From the NCBI RefSeq assembly GCF_026571515.1, contig NW_026853984.1:1-56880 (forward strand): a stretch of DNA of 56,880 nt. Direction: 5' to 3'. Numbering within the stretch: the stretch's first letter is position 1; each line of letters starts with the position of its first letter. This document shows positions 25,801 through 39,900 of this stretch, in pieces. Under the pieces are notes generated by a model that was given only the letters and a program-made list of their open reading frames with translations, was not told where the DNA came from and did no database searches. The DNA comes from Ruditapes philippinarum. Taxonomy: Eukaryota. A program made the translations under genes and the position numbers.

Positions 25801-27600
25801 GCATAATAATTTTAAAAGTCTAATTTTCTCTAAACGACTTCATTGTCCCCATCTTTATAAGCATGTTATATTCATGTTCGCAATTGGATTATGAATTCTT
25901 TGATTTAATTGCTTATTTTGATGTCTTTTTATTACAAAAGAATTTACCTTTACAGCATTTAAAGTAATGTTTTTTGTAAAAATACAAGTATTTCACATTT
26001 TGGTTGAAAAATCGTTATTCAGATATTAATGACTGAATCATTATTGAATACATTACTAAGTGTTCTACTTTATTTCTGTAATTGATTTTCATTGCGTTTA
26101 CTTTGCAAACGCAATGTAACATTGATGAAATAAATCGAACAATTAACGAGTCTGAGATAGTTTAAATTGCTAGGTCTTATCATGCAACATAAACGTCACC
26201 ACAAGATAAATGAAGTTTATAATGTAACTTTGTAGGCGTTACATAAATGTAACTTTGTAGGCGTTACATTCATGTATTTATCCTTTGTAGAGGTGTATAT
26301 TTGATTTGTTTTAATCAAAGAATAATAAAAGCTCCTCGGGGAAGCTGCATCACGCAACAAAGACAATCTGAGATACTGGATGCTTTCAATTTCAATTGTT
26401 CCCCTTTAAAGTGTAGACAAATGCCCTTTAAAATTACGTAAAGTTATTAGTTTTTTAACCTTTTTGAACAAATATTAAACAGTTTTCATCATTATCTGAA
26501 AATTTTCATTAGACTTTTAGAACATCACGATTTACATTTCAACACATCTTCTCGTTTTAAAGGTATAATTATTTCTAAAAATAAATTCGTTGTCACAAAG
26601 GGCAATAACAATGACAAAATTTATCCTATTTAAAGGCTTTAATAGACGTGATTTCAAGTTATGTAACCCAGAAAACTCTGAACTTCTACTATACTTCTAT
26701 GTAGGGCAATGCTTTTTTGCCCTACACAGATCGCGCATGCGCGAGAAAATATTACTTCCGATCGATTTTACATGTAACGGACCGCGCCGTAAAAAGGTCT
26801 TTATTGTTTCTGATACTTGCTGCTGATATCAATATTTCAGAATTTTTTAATGCAACTGTCATAGGATGCCATTTGAAATTCTTAATTTTAATGGAACATT
26901 TTTTTCTGAAATTTCAGAAAATAAAATTAAGTAAAAGCAAATTTGTAAAAATACAGTATGCTCTTTATCGTTTCAATCCATGCGCTTTAAGCAAGTATTA
27001 TTGTAATTAAACCTTACAACATTGTAAAAATATTTGATGAAAATTGATGTATTTAGCCAGAAATATTAAATGGTTTAAATAAATATTATTTGTGTATATA
27101 TGTTACACGTCGTAGTTCAGACTCTTTCTGGCTGAGAAACAAACTGTTATCAAACTTCCTTAGCATGAAAGAAATATTGAAGACATGCAATTCTTCACTT
27201 TGTAAGAATGTTACTGATTAATGATTCTGTTGTTACTTAAACAGAGAACAAATTATGAACTAGAGAAAATATTGTGTAACTGCTTATGAATAATGCCTGT
27301 TTTGTCTAGAAACTTATTCATGCAATGGGCTGTTATATTTTTATAATGTATCACAAACTTATCTTGTAAATGTTTTGTTTACTGTTTTATATAAAACTTT
27401 TATTTATGGAGTTACATTTTTAATGTATCACAAACTTATCTTATAAACATTTTGCTTGTTGTTATTGATAAACTATCATTTCTATAAATCCGAATAGGAT
27501 ATTTTACTTTATAGATATTTTACATATTAAGCGATATGTTCAAAATAAAACCAAAACTTATTTGTAGATATTTTCTAGAAAATGAAGAGAAATGAAAATA
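22870..27600 (+). pseudogene. Decayed family gene, block B (tandem units, RLGLIE fragment ~23220-23500, LINE-lineage tail)
   Basis: Collinear with 7370-12610. NNERV*DHLNCGVVSNIIGVIEFS at ~24600; ORF 24149 YYLNNT..FHFNISCCLV..FNSLENEFIAAISTNRKYS; ORF 26717 LFLILAADINISEFFNATVIGCH. Confidence 0.65.
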
Positions 27601-27689
27601 AAAACAATTTTAAACGAGTTTATTCGGTGTGTAATATGCCTTTGACCATCAATAAGTATTATTAAATAAGATGGCAAACTTATTAAAAA

Positions 27690-28320
27690 TAAAACAGATG
27701 ACACCATTAACGAATTGTAACGAGCAACTATATTTGCAAGCTTATATGTTCTTAATTTCATAGAACATGCAATAAATCTAGCAACATTTCTAATAGTTCT
27801 TGTATTTTTACGAGACAACAGAAAATACAACATATTCAAAGTAAGAAAATAATAATTGAATTAATGCAATATTTAAGATTAATTCTCTATAAAAAGCTAT
27901 AAAAAGGAAAACAAAGCAAAACGTAATATTCTTTTCAAACATTTCTACTGCACAGTTTACCAAAATGATCATTTCTGTCGATTCCAACGAATTTTCCGCT
28001 TTCAATTTCTAAATTATGTGACGATAATCTAAATCGAGATATTGTTTGTCTAAGAGAGTTTTTTTTTCTATTGCATCGTAAGTTTTTTACAGATAAACCC
28101 CAAGACCTATATTAGTTTAAATGAAATGATGCCTTTACTCAGTAAAGATATTGTACATAAGTGAGTCTAGAAAGCTCAATGTTTCAAAACACTCTTTCTG
28201 TACATAAAAGTGACAAAGATACACGGCCAAGCTCTCCAAACACTACAGAATTGGATATCTGGGTCGGACACCAAGAATTCTCTTGTTAAAATGAAAATGA
28301 CATTTATCAAATTCTTTTAT
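27690..28320 (-). mobile_element. Decayed CR1/L2-type LINE 3' fragment (copy 2)
   Basis: Collinear with 12700-13330. Confidence 0.85.
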
Positions 28321-28515
28321 AAAATTTTCTATTTAGTCCTGACGATTAACCACTATCTGATTGCAGTGCATCTTAAGAGCAGCTTAAATGACTATATATT
28401 TAATGATAAACGATTAGTTTTGTCAGAAAAGTACGTATTTGATACAGCAGGCTGTAAAAGGAAAGATATTCCGAACGCTACGTGTGAAGTAAGAAATACC
28501 ATACCATTACCATAG

Positions 28516-28610
28516 TTTGTTGGGGTTTTTTGTTGTTGTTTTTTTTTTTTGTTGTTTTTGTCTTTTTTTTTTTTTTTTTTTTGTTCTTTTTTTTTTGGGG
28601 GGGGGTTTAT
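28516..28610. repeat. T-rich low-complexity tract with a G run
   Basis: Poly-T/(gtt)n tract, shorter in the sister copies at ~41818 and ~47512. Confidence 0.8.
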
Positions 28611-29059
28611 TAAAAAACAGCGGAATCAACAAAGCAGCATATTTTCCAGAACAGTCGTTTGTTATTCCATTTATTACAGATGTGGGTCAAAAATAAATAC
28701 CAGGATGATATTCATCACTTTTTTCTAGGAAATCGGATTCTACGCGAAACATATAAAAATGAATTTACAAACAGCGACTGCGGGACAATAATTACGGCAT
28801 TTAATTCAGAGAGAAAATAGAAACATGTCGCTAAAAGTACAGAATATGTTTTACTCTGTGATATAAATAAAAGACACACTCAAGACAGAATACATTTTTT
28901 CTTGTTTTCAATTAATATTTTTAATCATTGATATATTAATCATTTTTTGAATTCACAGACTTTGAAGATGACAATCGCTTTTTTGACATCATATAAAATG
29001 TTTATTGAAGTATGTGGTGATCATGCATAATTATTGTTCTTTTTTGTTTCCCCTTTGAT

Positions 29060-31740
29060 TGCATCCTATCAATAGCATATCATGGATTCTGTTCATTATA
29101 TAGCTAATACGCTTCAGAAAATTGTTAATTGAATTAACTTGAATTAAGAGAGAACTTGATATAGCCCGAAGTGTAACGAATGAAAATATTATCGTCTATC
29201 ACTCATCAATATTTAATGTAAAAACATTATCTCGCACAGACATGATCAACTTTGCATGACCATACTCAATCATACTGAATCGGCATTCTATTACTTCTGT
29301 TGTATCTGTTGTTATTGATAGATTTTCTGATCATGCTCCTCTTTGCTTGAACCAGTACATGTATGCATTTGTATGATATCTTCCGGAATGTTAGATCCGC
29401 TCTTCAGTATGTCTTTCGCGTTTCCATTTTAGGTTAACACTTGTCCTATCAGTCTGTATTACATTGATTGTACGATTTAGACTTATGTTGGTAGCAGACA
29501 ATTAGAAACAAAATTATGAAAATTAAGATCAAATTCATTTAAAGCATATAAACTGGATTAAAATGTAACAAATGATCTTTGTATTTATCTTTGGACATCT
29601 GACAGGAAATTATTAGTTTAAAAATACATGTATATTTGTCCATTATAATAGACAATTCTTCATCATAATATAAAAATATAAATGTTAATAAATTTGCTTG
29701 GTGTATAAAAATTAATTGAATAACACGGTGATTTATAGTTGCTTTTATCTCATCAGTTAAAATTATGTTTATCAGAATTTTTAAAATCATTCTACAAAAA
29801 AGTTAATTCAAGTGCATTTCTAATTCCGCAAATATGTATCAAGATCCTGAATATGTGCTCACGATTTCGCATGTCCCTTCATTTAAATTTTGCAAAACGA
29901 AAACAAACACTGACAAAACCTGCCAGTGTTATGAAGCATTTTAATCACTTGTGCTTTTCTTTCAGAGACATATGTCATTATTTTTGGAACTTGCACTATA
30001 CAGTCTTAACGACCAGACTTGTGACTGCTGACATCAAAATGTTAATTTGTAGACACGGGCTTTCTATCTATTAGAGCAACGTAAGGTAGATGTTGATGTA
30101 ATCGAATATTTATATTTTACATTATCTCTTAAGAACAGACTCAATCAAACCGAGTCTTTAAGTTCTATTATTTTGTTTACATTCCTTCAGAGGTTCATTC
30201 CTTTTTTAGATTTTCAATATACCACACATGTTATTTCACTCAACTTTAATTTTAAAATTATTAGCACGGTTCATGTAAAATATTTACATTTTATTAATTT
30301 AAAGCTACTTTAGATGCGGTTTTCCTCGATTTTAAGCATACATGTGTCCCTGTTGACAATTACATCTTTCTGTGATTTTAAAAAGTCTGTAATTTGATAT
30401 TTATTTCAGGGATAAAGCACGCTTAATGGTTTTTCTGGCAAGTTAATCCGATTACATGCCAATCATATGAATATGGGTTAAGAAATAGCGAATGTGAAAT
30501 AATAATTACAGCAGTCACTTGCAGAGAAAACTTGACAATTGTTGCTGATCAACTAGAATAATATTTTCCTCTTTCTGTTTTCACAATAGAAGACGCAATC
30601 GATTTCTGTTTCATATTTGATGCGTTTGTATCAGAATGGTTTCTATGATTACTGTATTTTTATTTATAATAAAGCCCCGTCCGTGTTTCGTCACTGTGCT
30701 CTCACTTGTGTTTGTTTTTGGGCCCTGCTGAGCTCCTTGCCTGTGGTCCAATGTTGCTAGGTTGTGGTTGGGGATGCTTTCATTTGTTGCATTTGTTATA
30801 GAACAATTTTACTCGTAGTAATATCATCTGAGTTAACGGCCATTCAACGTTCAACTAACGGAAGAGCCCCCTTTTACGGAGCTTCCTTGAAGATATATAC
30901 TGACCATTTATGTAATGCAATGAAAATATTTGTATTTCTAACATGGAAACAAAGTAATCACCACGCATAGAAATATTGCAAATTTCTGTTAATCAAATCT
31001 GTAATGTGTGACAAGTTCCAATGAATGGGTTATAATTATACTTTGACATTTAACTGCTGTGATAAATGTTATAATCTATAAAATGTGAGAAAAATAACAA
31101 TGACATACCAATTAACGATTGTCTAGATTGTGTAATACTATAAGTATCTGAAGATATTTTGATAAAGATTTGAACGTTAGATACCAATTAGAATACTTAA
31201 AACGCATTTAGATTAAGTATTCCTTACAATTGACAATATTCACAAGCATCCGTTTTCAACACAGGTAAAAGTGATAAATCGTGTAATTGTTGATGCTTCG
31301 TTGAATTAGATTATTTTGATACAGACTTTAATTTCAAAGTAAAAGGAAAAAGAAGGATTTCATGTAACGACGTTTGCAGACTTGACACTCATAATAATAA
31401 AAAGAGGTTCCCTTCAAATCATGATATGGAGTATAAATGTTTTCAAACCACCATTGCGCTTTCCGCCTGATAAACTTTTGCTAACTTCTAATAGGGGATG
31501 GTTATCGTACCAGTATGTTATTGTGTGGTCAATCTTATTCTTCTCTTAAATATCACAATTGAAAATATCTATAAATACTCTTGTATCTATGATGGACATG
31601 TCGACATGAATATTCTGAGTAAAGGTCGAACCACATGATAGGTTAGCATCGTCTGTCTATCAATCTGTTTTAGCATTTTTATAAACTGAAACGGTTTGTG
31701 ACTATTACATCAATTAATAACATCTTAATACAAATTAAGT
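29060..31740 (-). pseudogene. Minus-strand paralog, block B, retaining an extra upstream segment (~31095-31735)
   Basis: Collinear with 13480-15720: KHGRGFIINKNTVIIET (His 30683-30685) and RLGLIESVLKR (~30125-30157). The extra segment has QKFIRRKAQWWFENIYTPYHDLKGTSFYYYECQVCKRRYMKS at 31480-31334. Confidence 0.6.
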
Positions 31741-31744
31741 ATAT

Positions 31745-31828
31745 TGCCTCTCTTTCCGGGATTCTAAATTTGCCTCTCTTTCCGGGATTCTAAATTTGCC
31801 TTTTTTCGGAATTCTAAATCTGCCTTCT
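31745..31828. repeat. ~3.3 copies of a 24-26-bp tandem repeat
   Basis: ttgcctctctttccgggattctaaat repeated; only ~1.3 copies at ~15747 and ~50226. Confidence 0.85.
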
Positions 31829-31949
31829 TTTGTAGTGCTGATGTCCCGATCTTTTTGTAAATATTTTAAATATTAAGTTAATAATCCGTGATATAATGTT
31901 ATAATCGTTTCATTAGCGTTGGTCACATAAAAAAAGATTTAATTAAAGT

Positions 31950-32600
31950 TATGATAATTACAACACTGATATTTGCACAACAAAATGTAATTAAAATAAA
32001 AAAAAATTAAAGAGGATCTGTGTTTTGATTAAATGTGTTTGTATCTTCTTCCTTTGAAGGGTTGTATAAGCGCCTGGGAGTAGCAATTAACATTGAAATG
32101 TTTCATAGTAAATTTTACAAATATGTACACTACAAGTATACTGTATAAATGTTCATTTTAAAAATGTTTTATTAAAGAAGATAAATGATCTGGAATAACA
32201 TTTCTCAATTGTTAAACAGAGACATTTTACAAAATTACCTTTTTAGATGCTTCCTTATTTTTCCATCGATTCATAAGCATACAGAACGCAACTGTTTGTT
32301 CCAAATTTCCATCTAAATATATAGCTTTATCTCGATCAATGTATTGTCTATTGTTGATTGTCTTAACCTATGATTTATTGCTAACACATATACTCACAGG
32401 AAGCATTCTCTTTCAGCAGAATGGTTCCCTGACTGCTATAATGTAATTGATTTACATAAAGTAGTAAGTAAGTAAATAGCGAAGCACGTTCCGCAAAAAT
32501 AAGCGTCCATTTGATAGGAGAATTCAGGTTTCCTTCTGATTCCTGTTTGTTTCAATCAATTATTCGATTTGAGTGGAATAATAATTTGATTAACGACATT
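31950..32600 (+). pseudogene. Paralog of the C-terminal unit, block B
   Basis: Collinear with 15830-16440 (YCLLLIVLTYDLLLTHILTGSILFQQNGSLTAIM at ~32342). Confidence 0.6.
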
Positions 32601-33929
32601 TATATGAATATTAAATGGAAAAACAAAGTTGTTTGTGTAATAAGATGAGAAGATATGTTTTCCAATTTTGTAACTGAAATACATGTTTCTTTATTTCACA
32701 AGTTATTTGTTCTTCACTGAAAGAACGATTCAATTATAATTTGGTTATTTTTAACTCATTTCATTCATATTCAATTTCATATATGTTTTTCAAAAGCTTA
32801 TTTGCACAGGCATATTGATACCAATACCTTTAATTTTGAAGGTTGTCGGCGCAAGAGGTCTTACATGAATGTACACACGTCTGTATAGCGATATTCTGAG
32901 TATTGATTATATGTAAGTTAATAAATCTATCAATACTTGTCCGCCATTTTCATTATAATGTTATAAAGTACATTAACATTTTATTCGCTGAACAGATTTA
33001 ACTACTCTGATGATGGACGTTTGGCCCATGAGAATAATATCGGACGCGACGTGGCAATTAATGTTTACTTATGTTCTTTTTTTCATTTTAGATTTTATGA
33101 AAGATATCCTAATTAGTAAATTATTGCAATTAATAACAATGGAAAGTTTGTGAGATGAAAAGATGCTTTTTTCTTTAAAATGACGGAAACTTTTCAACCA
33201 AAACATGTGGTAATCCCAAATATACTTACTAGTTTAAAACAAAAGAAGTATTTCGATAAGTAAATAATTGTACAAAATATGTATCAGTTATCACGATAAA
33301 AAGGTTCTTTTCATCTCTCATTTCAAATAAGCAGAACTCTAAGCTTCAGCATTCAATAATAGAAGATTTGTTTCAAGCATAATGAACGTTGGGTAAAGTA
33401 ACTGGTACAATCATCAGATCGATGTCATAAAGCAATATTGGCAATGCGGTGTTTGAGTTATTTATTTATTTATTTTTTCTTTTTATTTTTTTTCTGATGA
33501 ACAGGCAAAGATGTTCCTTGTTTGCTGACGTGTGTAACCAAAGTATTAACATCTGACGTAAATTACCAAATTAAGTATTTTTATCTTAAGTGCTTGCTAA
33601 ATATCTATCACTTTAAAGCGGCCTTCAGCTTTTATTTTCGGTTGGAAAGAAATCTCTGTGTTGTTCTAAACTCAACTAAAGTAATTTCATCTTTGAAAAG
33701 CCTTCTTCAAACCAGCATTCCGAGAACTCTTTAAAACGTGTCAGTGACGTTCGTTTCTAACAAATCATTTCAATACAATTTAGCATTTAATATGCCTTTG
33801 ATGAAGGCTGACAAAATATTATTTATACGAATCACACATGCATCAAATGACATAAAATTTTCATACGAATTAAATTTTCATTACTATACAATTATGCAAA
33901 ACTTCTATATCGAAGACAGTGTTTAGACT

Positions 33930-36900
33930 TTTTCATTCATCAGCAATGTAATTGTTTGTAGAAAATATACTGAATAATGTACGAGCCAGAGTTTAAATAG
34001 TGAGCTCTTTTCATGCGTCATTAAATTGATTAAAATATTCACACCGAGTTATGCAATTCATAATCAGACATGTTGATTTTATAAATGTATCTCGTAGGCG
34101 TAAATGGCATGCACAGTAAATTATTCTGAAAGAGATATCTTCCTTGCATATTAATAAACCCATATTTACTTTAAAATAAACAATGATAAAATAATTAATA
34201 AAAAGGCAATCAGTATCAGTATAAAACAATTCTCAGTCGTGGTTAACCTAATTTAGGTATATATTTGTCATTTTTAGGTCAAATTAGCGTTATCTCTTAG
34301 TTAAACATTAAATTGTTATTTAATTATATTGGAATAAGGTAAACACACGATTTCTTAACCCTAAACATACAAATAAATGTTGTTATGTACTGTATTGGTG
34401 TTTATTTTTGAACTGTTCAATAATCAACATCAACTTAAATGAAGTCGTCAAATTGATCGATTTATACTCGGCTATTTCCGTTCGATTACGTATTTTATCG
34501 CAAAACTGTTTTGTTTTTAGGGTTACACAATTCTCATGTATCTTCAGAAAGTAAAAGAATAGTCATCTCGTTATTGAAAGATGCGAACAAGCATGTAAAA
34601 TTTTAGTACATGTAAAATACCATGGAATCTCATTTACTCATATATAAAACAAATTGTCAATAAAGACCATCTAACAACAACGAAAGAACGTGTAACTCAT
34701 AAATTAGCCTGCCTTTTAATAACGATAATGTTTCGTTAATAAAGCAAAAATTAACATTTACATAATTCAAAATTAATTATCTCGCAAAGTTCCGGATTGT
34801 TAAATCAATACTTAGATATAAAGAAGAATACTCAATAATGAATACTTGCATTGCAACGAAATGATTTTCTTTCGTTTATATAGAAATTAACAAGGATTTT
34901 CAATACTTGTATGTATTTAAATTTTAACACTCAATGTAATTGAACCCTCTACAATTTCTACTTTAATTCAGTAAATGGCTTTTATTGCATTAACTTCGTT
35001 TCAGCAATGATAATTATTGCTTGTTGAAATGAATTAAATAATGGACGAGGCTTAAGTGATTTATTATTTGCTGAGATATATGAACATTAACATCAGATTT
35101 TTTAAGTTTATAAAGTAACCTTGCGTGCATTACAGTCATATATTCATCATTTATATATATATATATGTACATTATGTGCAATTGTTAATCAAACAGTAAT
35201 TAAGAAAAACAGAATCCCTTCAGAAAGCCCAACACAGCAAAATTGAAAATGTTGCAGGTTCGTTTTGATTGAGCCTGTTCATGGATGGTATTAGAAAGTG
35301 CAAATTACCGTTCACACCCCCTTATACTGGCTTTAGGAAAATTAAACACGAAAATGGTGAATTAAGAACATCCGCAGATGTTTTCAAATGGCGGTTATCA
35401 TAAAACCTTCAACGTGACACGTTAGTGCCATTTCATGAAAAGCGGCATATGGTCCCCAAGTAAACAAAAGGCCTGCGCCCTAATTACATTCAATATATCA
35501 TCTGCATTTGCTTTTTTATCAGTGATTTTATTTATCAAATGGAAAATAAATGTCAAATAAAATTTCAAATTCTTAATTTAAATTTTATTTCATACAATAA
35601 AAACATTATATTTACTTAATAAAACAACCATTTTAAAATAATCTTGTTACCTCACTTTAATCACTATAGTATCAAAAGTATCATAATCTTTAAATTAGAA
35701 TCTTTGTCATCATATTCACAAACAGGAAATATTGTGTATCACTAACTATTTCATTCTATTGACACCTTTAAGGTATTTAAAACTAACGGAATTAACTTTT
35801 GCAGTATTCAGATTAAATCAAATCACATCACGAATTGGTAAATCAACACTTCTATACATAATGAGACACCCAATAATGAATATAAATTAAAATAATTTAA
35901 TAAAATAAATAAAGTTACAAAAGGACGATTACTTGAATATAATATAAGAAATATACGAGACTATCATATTTTCATCATTTGTAAATATATAGATACTTAA
36001 AAATATATTCTTTAATAATTATTATGATATGGATTTGGCTACGACAAAGCTTCGGTTGCTTTCATTTACACATGTTTCTATTTAACGAATACAAACATGT
36101 CGCATGGAATCATTCCAAAACAATTCTTTATAACGCAATTATTTCTTTATTTTATAACTATCCAAAGCTTTGTAATACCTCAAAAACACTTTTTTTCCAT
36201 TTCAACATATCATGTTGTCTTGTTTTAAAGATTAAATTCTTAAAGGTTTAATTGTCTCTAAAATGAATTCATTGCTGCCATTTCAACAAATAGGAAGTAG
36301 TCCGCGAAGTCGATCGCCAATGCTTCCGTGTGTGCCTTTTTAATGAAGTAAAATTACCTTTCACAAATTCAAAGTAATGTTTTAGTAAGCTTCAATTCAC
36401 GCACATCTGAATCGGCACTTAGATAGCAAGCAAGGGAATTAATAATGTGTAGATACTGTTACAAAACTGTTTTCTTTCGTGTACATTATAAAACAATTAT
36501 AAAAATTCACAGTACTTATAATTTTAATACTCAATGAAATATATCTGCCTGAATTGACAACTTTATTACTGTGCATGGTTCTTTTGCAGCACAATGATGG
36601 TGTTTGTTGAAATTATTAAAATAATGAACGAGTCTGAGAGAATGTAAATTGCAGGGTCGTATTATTCATCATTAAAGTGATTAAATTTTCACATAAGATA
36701 CATTCAGTTTATATTGTAATGTGGGCGTTGCAGTCATGTATTTATCATTTGTAAAACCAATGCGGATACTTGTATTTGTCAATATCTTTCATGACATGAA
36801 CTTGGGGAAGCTGAAGTTACTATCACTTCCATTGACAAGAGTTTTTAAAGAATATACAAATGTCACACTGAATATTTCAAAACATGTGGTTACAATTTCT

Positions 36901-39900
36901 TACTTCTGAACTATCAGAAGCTATGTATTACTTCAATTTCATAACATGTTTTTTAGTTCAACTTATCTTGTCGTTTTGTTATTCTCAAACCTCTGATAGT
37001 CACTAAAATGAAAAATTTGTCTCGGTATTTGTTTTCCTACTTTATGTTTAACACTGGGTTTTTACTGCATTTACTTCCCATCAGCAATGCTATTGATTAT
37101 TGACATAAATTGAAAAATAGTCGAGCCCCTGAGAGTTTAAATTGCAGGGTCTTATTATGCATCATTTCAGGGATTAATTTTTCATACAGAGACACATAAA
37201 AGTCGCTATATTATATATCATGTGTCTATATTAACTATATCGGCGTAACGATCAGATATTTATCATTTTAGATGTCTAGACTTGAATTGTTTTTATTTTT
37301 GAAAAGTTTGGGTAAGCTGAAATTACAACATGTACTTTTACTTTTTTACAAACGTTTATTCAGAGAATACATAAATGTCTCATGGAATAATTTTAAAACA
37401 TTCACGATACAATATCTTCTGAATTCCTCATAATAATCTAAACCTCTGTATTACCTCAATAACACAGGTGAATTTTCATTTCAACTTAACTTGTTGTTTT
37501 GTTTAGAGCATTATATTCTTTCAGGTTTAAATGGTCTATAACATGAATTCAATGTCCCTATCTTTATAAGCACGTAATATTTTTAAGTGAATTTTTTATT
37601 CATTTGCTTACTTTGATGGTTTTTTAAGACAGTAGAATTAACCGTTAAAACATTTACATTTAAAATAATGTTAATTGTAAACTTCAATTAACTCATATCT
37701 GGGTTGAAAAATCGTACTTTGGATATAAAGTAGGACATTCATTAATGAATATTTATTAAGTTTTCTACTTTATGTCTGTAATTTGCTTTCATTGCGTTTA
37801 CTTTGCAAACGCAATGTAACAACTGTTTGCTGAAATAAATCGAACAATTAACGAGTCTGAGAGAGTTTAAATTGCTAGGTCTTATCATGCCACATAAACG
37901 TCACCACAAGAGAAATGAAGTTTATAGTGTAACTTTGTAGACGTAACATTCAAATATCGTTTGAATCAAAGAATAATAAAAGCTCATTGTAGAAGCTGCA
38001 TCACGCAACAAAGACGATATGAGATATTAGATGCTCTCAATTTCCATTGCTCTCATTAAAAGTGTAGACAAATATTCTAAACAGAATAAGTATTAATATT
38101 TTAAAAATGCAATTACAAATATAAAAGGTTTTTCATCATTATCTGAAAATGTTAATTAGATTTATAATTATAAAACATCACGATTTACATTTCAACATAT
38201 CTTTCCGTTATAATCACAAAGGTCTAATTATTTCTAAGAATGAATTCGTCTGCTAAGTTGGTTACAACTGTTGTTGCTATGGCTTCATGAAGTGTGGGAT
38301 TTTGCTTCTCTTTTTGTATATTTATGTACAAAATAAAAGTGGATGAAAAGATATTTAGCGCGGTTAAGGTTAAGACGGTGCTGCATAGGTTTTAATGTGT
38401 ACATTGTAATCCCAACATTTAATATCTGTATTATACGGTTAGCATTTCACAGTGCATGTGAATACTTGTTACAATGTTCAACAAGCGTGTAGCAGTACAA
38501 ATTAAATTAAGTTCTCGGAATAGCTCAAAGGATATGGGGCGTTATATAAAATTTCTATAAATCTTTTATAATTAATGTAATCTGCATTATGTCACGCTGA
38601 TATTAATCTACATAACATAAACAGCCAGAGTCCTTTACAGTTGCATATTGTTTCTATTACTTGCCAGCTATATCCATTCTATATGAATTTTCTACTGTCA
38701 TAGGATGTCATATAAAACCTTCCATATTAATAAACATTTTGCCCCAAATGATTTCATGGATGTGGTTAATCTCTTTACGCTCTATTGAAATTGTCAAAAC
38801 TGTAGATATAAAAACGTTCCAGATTTCATTTTTGTTAGTTTGATTTATCACACATCTTTTCTTCGCTATTTCGACACCAAATAAATGATATTGTAAACTA
38901 AATGTTTCTGCATATTCATGCAATTATATCTGAGACAAAAGTAAAATAAAATAGTTCTTAAGGCCTCTTTTTGATGACATTGCTATGTTTCAGTGAAACG
39001 TAAACCTACCATATGCGGCATAGGAAGCATACATTACAAATAATAACAATGTTTATAGAGCAAAGTAAACGGGGCATGGTTTGATTATACATCTTTTCTG
39101 AAAATAAAATTTAAAAAAAAGAATATTTTCAAAATACATTATGTTCTATGTTTTATTGTAAGCTAATCTTTCAACTTTGTAAACAAAATATTCCAACGAT
39201 GAAAATAGATGTTTCTAGATACTAAATGACATAAAGAAATATTAATTGTGTAGATATAGAACACATCTTTGTTCAGACTTTCTTGTTAAAAGTGTTGTCA
39301 AACTTTCTTAGCATGAAAGAAATATTGAAGATATGCCATTCCCCACTTTGTTAGAATGTTACTGATTAATGGATTAGAAGAAAAATGTTTTACTGCTTAT
39401 GAATATTGCCTGTTTTGTCCAGAAACTTATTCTTGTAATGGGTTGTTACATTTTATAACATATCACAAACTTAGCTTGTAAAAGTTTTGCTTGTTGTTAT
39501 ATGTACAATTTTCATTTCTATAGATCCTAATAGGCTATTTCTTTAAAGATATTTTACCTTAAGGATCTGTCAAAATCTGATGAAATTCTATTTTTATATA
39601 TTTTCTAGAAAATGAAGAGAGAATGAAAATAGAAACAAGTTTAAACAATTAACAATTACAATTTTCATTAAATAAAATGTCTAAGGCAATATCAATATTT
39701 ATAGAATACAATAGACAATAGAAATGAATAATATGAAGGAAAAAATATATACATCAATATCATTTACATCAAAAGGATATTGATTGGTTAATATATATAT
39801 TTTTTTAATTATTTAAAAAAAATAACTCTTTTTTACACATTTTAAGGAGCAACTATATTTGCAAGCTTTTATCTGTTGCTAATTTCATACTATGTGCAAA

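Noticed and set aside
31200-31640. Long minus frame with TGA-rich stops as evidence for genetic code 4
   Set aside because: A different frame over the same bases (QWWFE..YECQVCKRRY) is more protein-like and uses TGG; the first frame also contains TAA stops.
8533-36909. Near-identical short ORFs (8533/36024, 9231/36721) as conserved functional small genes
   Set aside because: Flanking non-ORF DNA is equally identical, so this reflects recent duplication; the ORFs are fragments of the larger dead frame.
37830-37885. Leucine-rich repeat (IEQLTSLREFKL)
   Set aside because: An alternative frame of the ESLNC motif; no 20-29 aa periodicity, and not in frame with the downstream conserved motifs.
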